64,000 nt of DNA from NCBI GenBank assembly GCA_964354155.1, contig CAYGYG010000009.1, positions 6,053 to 70,052 of the forward strand, read 5' to 3'. The stretch comes from an uncultured bacterium (GTDB lineage Bacteria > Hydrothermota > Tepidihabitantia > SM23-42 > CAYGYG01). This document shows positions 58,723-64,000 of this stretch, piece after piece. Positions within the stretch are counted from its first letter, which is position 1. Every line of letters starts with the position of its first letter. Under the pieces are notes generated by a model. It saw only the letters and a program-made list of their open reading frames with translations, was not told the origin of the DNA and did not search any database. A program made the translations under genes and the position numbers.

Positions 58723-59127
58723 CTACGAGCCGGCCGGTTCGGTTCTCGGTTTGACTTGTGCTTTTACGAAGATGTATTCGTACTTGAGCTTGTGTCGGTC
58801 AAACGCCGCGAGCTCGAACTCCTGGTTCATATGGAACGCATCGGTGGGGCAGGAGTCGACACACTGCGCACAGTGCACGCACCGGTCGTTATGAACGACC
58901 ATTTTGAATTTCTTGTCGGCTTCCGAAACCGTGAGAATCTCAAGCGCCTCGGCCGGGCAGTCGCGGACACAGGCGCGGCAGATAATGCACTTTTCAGGTG
59001 CCAGAACCGGTGTGCCGCGGAAGTCCTTGGGCACCGCAAGCTTTTCGAACGGATACTTCACCGTGGCCGGTTTCTTGAATAGATGCCGTATCAGCTCAGG
59101 AAGAAAGGGTACGATCTTCAGACTCAT
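58723..59127 (-). CDS. Membrane-bound hydrogenase 2x[4Fe-4S] subunit (NuoI/EchF-like)
   Basis: PATVKYPF, CIICRACVRDCP, CVHCAQCVDSCP. Confidence 0.9.
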   Translation of the reverse strand: MSLKIVPFLPELIRHLFKKPATVKYPFEKLAVPKDFRGTPVLAPEKCIICRACVRDCPAEALEILTVSEADKKFKMVVHNDRCVHCAQCVDSCPTDAFHMNQEFELAAFDRHKLKYEYIFVKAQVKPRTEPAGS

Positions 59128-60095
59128 TGGAGAAGTCCTTTCAAGATAATGACGATCAGCAGTTGCAGTACCGAGAGCGGCGCGAGCCAGCGCCATGAGA
59201 AATCGACCATCTGGTCGATCCGGATCCGGGCACAGGCGGCGCGGATCGCCGCCAGCAGTACGATAATGATGACCGTTTTGTAGATAAAATTGACCAGACC
59301 CCAGAACAGGCCACCCGGGAAACCACCCATGAATACGGCGGCGATCAGGCCGGCGCCAACCACCATTTCAATGTCGCTGAGCAGACGGAAGAAGGCGAGC
59401 TTTTTACCCGAATACTCGGTAAAAGTGCCGCCGACGATCTCGGTTTCCGCATGCGGTATGTCAAAAGGCACTCTTTCCAGCTTGGCCTGCAAGGCGATGA
59501 GCGCCACCACGAAGCCAATGATATTGGGGAGCAAGAGGACCGGTTGGGTCTGGTAGAAGTGAGCGATTTCGGCGATACGCCAGGAATTTGCCATGATCGC
59601 CGGACTCAGAACGGCCAGCATCAGCGGGACTTCGTAGCCAAAGAGCATGGTGAGAACGCGAACCCCGCCGATGGTGGAGAAGAAACTGGTGGAATGCCAG
59701 CCGGCCAGGAAGAAAATCAGGGTCGGGAGACTGAGCAGGTAGACAACCACAATCAAGTCGCCGGAGAATGAATTGAAACCCGGCGTCGCCACCGAGAAAT
59801 GCCAGACCGGAAGATAGAGCGCCGCGGTGCAGACGATGGCAACCGCAAAGACGGGCAGCGCCGAGAACATTATCTTATCGGCTTTTTCAGGCACAATATC
59901 TTCCTTGGCGAAGAGCTTGATGATATCGGCGATAGGCTGGAGCAGGCCGGAACGTCCGGTATGCAAGGGGCCGATTCGGTTTTGCATCCGGGCGTAAATC
60001 TTTCGGTCAATCCATTCGCAGAGTGTCGAATAGACGAGCAGGAAGAGCAGACCAGGGTAGACCAACAGATAAAGAAGTGTTTTTATCAGATCCAT
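59124..60095 (-). CDS. Membrane-bound hydrogenase NuoH-like subunit
   Basis: RKIYARMQNRIGP, QPIADIIKLFAKE, PFDIPHAETEIVGG..TEYSG. Confidence 0.92.
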   Translation of the reverse strand: MDLIKTLLYLLVYPGLLFLLVYSTLCEWIDRKIYARMQNRIGPLHTGRSGLLQPIADIIKLFAKEDIVPEKADKIMFSALPVFAVAIVCTAALYLPVWHFSVATPGFNSFSGDLIVVVYLLSLPTLIFFLAGWHSTSFFSTIGGVRVLTMLFGYEVPLMLAVLSPAIMANSWRIAEIAHFYQTQPVLLLPNIIGFVVALIALQAKLERVPFDIPHAETEIVGGTFTEYSGKKLAFFRLLSDIEMVVGAGLIAAVFMGGFPGGLFWGLVNFIYKTVIIIVLLAAIRAACARIRIDQMVDFSWRWLAPLSVLQLLIVIILKGLLQ

Positions 60096-60113
60096 AGTCC
60101 ACGCTTCCTTCGG

Positions 60114-60210
60114 CCAAATCCTAAACGAGTCCCGAATGCGAGCTTGGCTTCCTGCAATTTGAAGATTCGCACTTGTTTAGAATTTCGGATTTCGGATTTC
60201 GGAGTTTTTT
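60114..60210. repeat. Degenerate 7-nt tandem repeat (TTTCGGA-type) intergenic insert
   Basis: TTTAGAA TTTCGGA TTTCGGA TTTCGGA; similar to 62680-62885. Confidence 0.6.
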
Positions 60211-60213
60211 GCA

Positions 60214-61437
60214 TCAGAACGGCCATGCGATTTCCTTCTTCTTCAAATCCAATCTCTTGTAGTACTGGACTGCTTTCTGCCGCAGCTCGCTGAAGGTCAC
60301 CGTTCGCTCCGTACCGGTTCGGGAATCGACCAGCTCGACCAGGCGTTCGGCACAGCAGATGCACGGGTCGATAGCGGCAAAGATAAGCGGGATATCGGCG
60401 ATGAAGGCACCCTTGAGCATCACCAGTGTGACCGGGTAGTTGGCGAGGGTCGGCGCGCGGACTTTGAGCCGTTCCGGTTTGTCCGTGCCGTTCGACTTGA
60501 TATAGTGGAGATTCTCGCCTCGGGGAGCCTCGTACCGGCTTACCACCTCGCCGTCTTTGACACGGCGCGGATACTTCGTGTTGATCGGGCCGGCCGGCAG
60601 ATTCTTGAGGAGGTACTCGCACATCTTGTATGATTCGAACAGTTCCTTAACCCGGACGACGACCCGGCCCAGCACATCGCAACTGCCGGCGGTGCAGACC
60701 TCAAAAGGCAGTTCACCATAGACCGCGTACGGGTCGTCTTTTCTGACGTCGCGCGGGATGTCGGAAGCGCGCAGGGTAGGTCCGACGGCACAAAGCGAGA
60801 GGGCGGTTTGCTTCGGCAATTTGCCGACGCCGGCCAGCCGGGCCAAGAAGGTCGGCTCGGTGGCGCCGATCTTGAAGTAGTATTCGGTGCGCTTTGTGAG
60901 CAACTTAAGGTCGTCCAGGATTCTTGCCTTCTGCTGGTCGTCGATGTCGCGCCGCGAGCCGCCGAAGATGTTCATCGCATAGTGAACACGGTTACCGGAG
61001 ATCGTCTCGAGGATATCCATGACAACCTCGCGGTCGCGCCAGGTGTACATGAAATAGGTGTCAAACCCCGCCTCGTGGCCGGCGACACCGAGCCACAACA
61101 AATGGCTGTGGATTCTCTCGAGCTCGGCGACCAGGGTCCTGATGTACAGGCCGCGCCGCGTTGGCTCAAGCTCCATCAGCTTCTCGACCCCCTGGACGAA
61201 ACAGGTGGTGTGCGAGTGGGAGCAGATGCCGCAAATCCGTTCCGTCAGATAGATATTCTGCACAAAATTGCGTTGCTCAGCCAGTTTCTCCAGTCCCCGG
61301 TGGTTATAACCGAGGCGGACGTCGACGTCCCTGATGATTTCGCCTTCGAGTGTCATCCGCAGGCTGATCGGCTCCTTGAGGGCCGGGTGCTGAGGCCCAA
61401 TCGGGACATTGTAGGTCAGGCCGCTCATGTCATCCAT
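60214..61437 (-). CDS. Group 4 [NiFe]-hydrogenase large subunit with cleavable C-terminal extension
   Basis: L1 ERICGICSHSH; L2 DPCICCAER followed by an extension of about 40 aa. Confidence 0.92.
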   Translation of the reverse strand: MDDMSGLTYNVPIGPQHPALKEPISLRMTLEGEIIRDVDVRLGYNHRGLEKLAEQRNFVQNIYLTERICGICSHSHTTCFVQGVEKLMELEPTRRGLYIRTLVAELERIHSHLLWLGVAGHEAGFDTYFMYTWRDREVVMDILETISGNRVHYAMNIFGGSRRDIDDQQKARILDDLKLLTKRTEYYFKIGATEPTFLARLAGVGKLPKQTALSLCAVGPTLRASDIPRDVRKDDPYAVYGELPFEVCTAGSCDVLGRVVVRVKELFESYKMCEYLLKNLPAGPINTKYPRRVKDGEVVSRYEAPRGENLHYIKSNGTDKPERLKVRAPTLANYPVTLVMLKGAFIADIPLIFAAIDPCICCAERLVELVDSRTGTERTVTFSELRQKAVQYYKRLDLKKKEIAWPF

Positions 61438-61907
61438 TATCCGCCTCCGGGTATCTTCTCTTCCGGTCGCTCGAAGATCCAATCCTTGCGCAACGGATGT
61501 TGGCCTTGGGGCCAGTCATCGGGCAGGACGAGAGGCCGCGGGTCGGGGATGTTCTCGATTATGAGTCCGAACATATCTTGAAGCTCTCTTTCATAGAGGA
61601 CGGCACCGGGTATGACCTCACAGATGCTGGGGACTTTGGGCTCGTTACGCGGTGTCGTCGTGCGCACGGTAAGCAAGCAACTCTCGTTGGCGAGATGATA
61701 GAGGATCTCGAAAACCTCGCCCTTGTCTACGCCCGAAATCGTTGAGATATGCACGAAATTGAAGGTGTCCCTGAGGAACCGTGTCACGGTGAGGAGATTG
61801 GAGCGGTCAGCCCTGACGAATATCCTTCTTGGCGCCGGGTTGGTCAGTTCCAAAACCTGGTCCTGGAATTGCTCTTTGATTCGGCTGACGATCTTTTCGT
61901 CGCTCAT
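61437..61907 (-). CDS. Hydrogenase NuoC-like subunit
   Basis: HISTISGVD, YERELQDMFG, LPDDWP..HPLRKDW. Confidence 0.9.
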   Translation of the reverse strand: MSDEKIVSRIKEQFQDQVLELTNPAPRRIFVRADRSNLLTVTRFLRDTFNFVHISTISGVDKGEVFEILYHLANESCLLTVRTTTPRNEPKVPSICEVIPGAVLYERELQDMFGLIIENIPDPRPLVLPDDWPQGQHPLRKDWIFERPEEKIPGGG

Positions 61908-62323
61908 AATGTTCCCAGTAGCTTGGCGACGCCGTCGATTACGGCATCGGGTCGGACCGGGCAGCCGGGAATATAGGCGTGCACCGGCAAGACCTGGTCG
62001 ATCCCGCCGAGCATATTGTAGGCGCCGCGGTAAACGCAGCCGGACAGGGCGCACGATCCGACCGCGACCACGAATTTCGGCTCGGGTACCTGTTCGAAAA
62101 TCCTGACCATCCGGTCCCGGGACTGCCGGGTCATGGGACCGGTGGCAATGATGACGTCGGCATGCCGGGGCGTTGCCTTGAGCAGAACGCCGAAACGCTC
62201 CAGGTCGAACCTGGGCATGAGCGCGGCCAGGATCTCAATATCACAGGCATTGCAGGCACCGGTGTTGAGGTGCAATATCCAGGGCGATTTGATACGCGAC
62301 CAACGGACCAATCTTGATAACAT
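61904..62323 (-). CDS. Hydrogenase small subunit (NuoB/EchC-like)
   Basis: GACNACDIE, PRHAD, VGSCA, IPGCP. Confidence 0.93.
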   Translation of the reverse strand: MLSRLVRWSRIKSPWILHLNTGACNACDIEILAALMPRFDLERFGVLLKATPRHADVIIATGPMTRQSRDRMVRIFEQVPEPKFVVAVGSCALSGCVYRGAYNMLGGIDQVLPVHAYIPGCPVRPDAVIDGVAKLLGTL

Positions 62324-62324
62324 C

Positions 62325-62657
62325 CTAACTCCTCGTGATCAGGGCCAGAACCGACAGAAAGATCATTGCCAGGTAGAAGATGCCGAAATAGACGACCGGA
62401 CCGGAAGGCAGGGTGGCAACGACCAGGGCGGCAACATGCATCATCGTGAAGAACAGGGCGACGAAGAAGAACAGGCGGTAGCCGAACTGTATCTTGTAGC
62501 CCGGGACGTCTTCACCGCAGGCATAGGTGGCGAGTTTGCCGGCGGTCTTCTTCACTTTCGGAGCCATGAGACTGCCCAGGTAGTAGATGAAGAAGCAGAC
62601 GGCGAGGAAGATGATGAAGGCAATCGGCGGCGATAGAAGGATATCGATCGATTTCAT
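62325..62657 (-). CDS. NuoA-like membrane subunit
   Basis: KLATYACGED loop; three TM helices. Confidence 0.8.
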   Translation of the reverse strand: MKSIDILLSPPIAFIIFLAVCFFIYYLGSLMAPKVKKTAGKLATYACGEDVPGYKIQFGYRLFFFVALFFTMMHVAALVVATLPSGPVVYFGIFYLAMIFLSVLALITRS

Positions 62658-62679
62658 CGTCGACCTCTGAACACAAGGC

Positions 62680-62885
62680 CAAATACGAAATCCGAAATTC
62701 TAAATCCTGAACAATACTTAAGTTCTAATGCTCCAATTCCCAGACAATGGTTCCGGGATTGGAATTTCGAAATTCGAACTTGCTTATGCCTCATGTCTGT
62801 CTCACACCGCGTGTTCCGTCTCGTCTTGAGACTCGACGTCGAGAGAGGCACGAGACGGAATTTAGGATTTCGAGTTTAGGGTTTG
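62680..62885. repeat. Degenerate 7-nt repeats in inverted arrangement with an embedded palindrome
   Basis: AAATACG AAATCCG AAATTCT AAATCCT ... ATTTAGG ATTTCGA GTTTAGG GTTTG; TTCCGTCTCGT/ACGAGACGGAA at 62814-62860. Confidence 0.6.
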
Positions 62886-62900
62886 ATCGCATTCTCATCC

Positions 62901-63209
62901 CTACCCTCTCAGCTTGGTTAACTTCCTGATGTCGAGGCTCTTGGTGTGGCGGTAGATATTGATGATGATGGCCAGCGCAGTGGCGACGACACTCACCTCA
63001 ACGACAATAAAAGAAATGGCCAGACTCTGGGCAATCAGAATGTTGTTTTTGCCGAAGCCGGTGGCGATCAACGCCAGGGTAATACCTTTGGCGATCACCT
63101 CAATACCGATGAAAAGCTTGATCAGATTCTTCATGGTCAGCAGGCAGTAAATGCCGAGGCCGACCAGAATCGCAACGAAAGCCATATTTAAGAGCCAGAG
63201 TTCATTCAT
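62901..63209 (-). CDS. NuoK/MnhC-like membrane subunit
   Basis: GIYCLL..KNLIKLFIGIEVI, IVVEVSV, SLDIRKLTKLRG. Confidence 0.88.
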   Translation of the reverse strand: MNELWLLNMAFVAILVGLGIYCLLTMKNLIKLFIGIEVIAKGITLALIATGFGKNNILIAQSLAISFIVVEVSVVATALAIIINIYRHTKSLDIRKLTKLRG

Positions 63210-63678
63210 GATCATTCCTCTTTCTGAAAAGCGCCAGTACGGCGAAGACGCCGGCGAAGATGACTCCGATCTGACCGACCAGGTCGAACGTACGCTGGTT
63301 CCAGAGAACATGGCCGAAACTGCCCATTTCCCGAACACCGGGCAGGGCGCCGATCTTGCCCAGCAATCGGCTCATTATGACGAAATCGACGATGACGAAG
63401 ACGATGAAGAAAACCGGGAAGATGATCACCGGGGTTTTTGACTCCTTAACGTCTTCTTCGCCGCGGGTCAACGCGATGGTCGAAATGAAGAGCACCGTGA
63501 TCAAGCCGGCCACCACCGATATCTCAAAGACGCCGACATAGGGTGCGTTCATGCGGAACAGGACCACGGCCAGAAGGATGCTGGCCAAAGCCAGGCTGAT
63601 TGCCGCTTTGAGCAGGTCGCGCAGCAGGATCGCCAGAATCGAGAAGAAGACCAGTCCGAGGAGCAGGGCGATATGCAT
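63202..63678 (-). CDS. NuoJ/MnhB-like membrane subunit
   Basis: DLLKAAISL, EISVVAGL, LWNQRTFDLVGQ. Confidence 0.82.
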   Translation of the reverse strand: MHIALLLGLVFFSILAILLRDLLKAAISLALASILLAVVLFRMNAPYVGVFEISVVAGLITVLFISTIALTRGEEDVKESKTPVIIFPVFFIVFVIVDFVIMSRLLGKIGALPGVREMGSFGHVLWNQRTFDLVGQIGVIFAGVFAVLALFRKRNDHE

Positions 63679-63687
63679 GTTTGACTC

Positions 63688-63999
63688 CTACTTCCCAAAG
63701 AGGTTGAGCGTGAAGTCGACGCCCTGGGCCAGGACATCGGTTGCCGGCTTGAGCCAGGTTTCGATCGTTGCCGCGAAGAAGATACCGATGCCGACACAGA
63801 GCAGCGCCAGGATCACGGTTGAGGCGGACATCCAGAAGGGTGCCTCTTTCACGTCTTTCCATGCCTCGTTCAGCTTGCCAAAGAAGGCCCGGCGCTGAAT
63901 GATCAGATAGTACCATAGGGTGACGACGCTAACCAGGACCGCAATGACGGCGAAGAGATACATCTTAGCCTGCACCAGCGCGATGATAATAATCAGCTT
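63688..63999 (-). CDS. C-terminal part of antiporter-like (MnhD/NuoM-N type) subunit; 5' end outside window
   Basis: KLIIIIAL...SVVTLWYYL...AFFG...VKEAPFWM. Confidence 0.8.
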   Translation of the reverse strand, partial: KLIIIIALVQAKMYLFAVIAVLVSVVTLWYYLIIQRRAFFGKLNEAWKDVKEAPFWMSASTVILALLCVGIGIFFAATIETWLKPATDVLAQGVDFTLNLFGK

Positions 64000-64000
64000 G

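Overview
GC-rich bacterial chromosomal window from an anaerobic diderm. Several secreted proteins with FlgD-Ig/T9SS-A-like C-terminal domains, TonB systems and MglAB suggest an FCB-related lineage such as WOR-3, but this is inference. Recognisable content: TspO, a cyclase-STAND-TPR protein, SRAP, a PEP-utilising enzyme, rubredoxin, an ECF sigma/anti-sigma pair, a TonB-dependent receptor operon, LivK, MglAB, a four-subunit pyruvate:ferredoxin oxidoreductase, a putative K+ transport cluster, PstS-TPR-ExbBDD-TonB-TonB, a complete F1Fo operon, an ammonia-lyase and a group 4 membrane-bound [NiFe]-hydrogenase with its maturation protease. Signals the ORF track does not explain: (1) three dispersed copies of an approximately 240-nt covarying rod-like element with a conserved core and fixed-length variable segments (20917, 22538, 36311); (2) a probable secreted selenoprotein split by an in-frame UGA (Cys-Sec) that is followed by an fdhF-like SECIS hairpin (34335-36287); (3) a putative ECF regulon (GGAATA-N15/16-TGTATAAC) linking a TonB-domain anti-sigma factor to the ExbBD-TonB genes; (4) housekeeping promoters with an almost invariant 16-bp spacer. 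All calls were made by eye; no database searches or folding programs were run.
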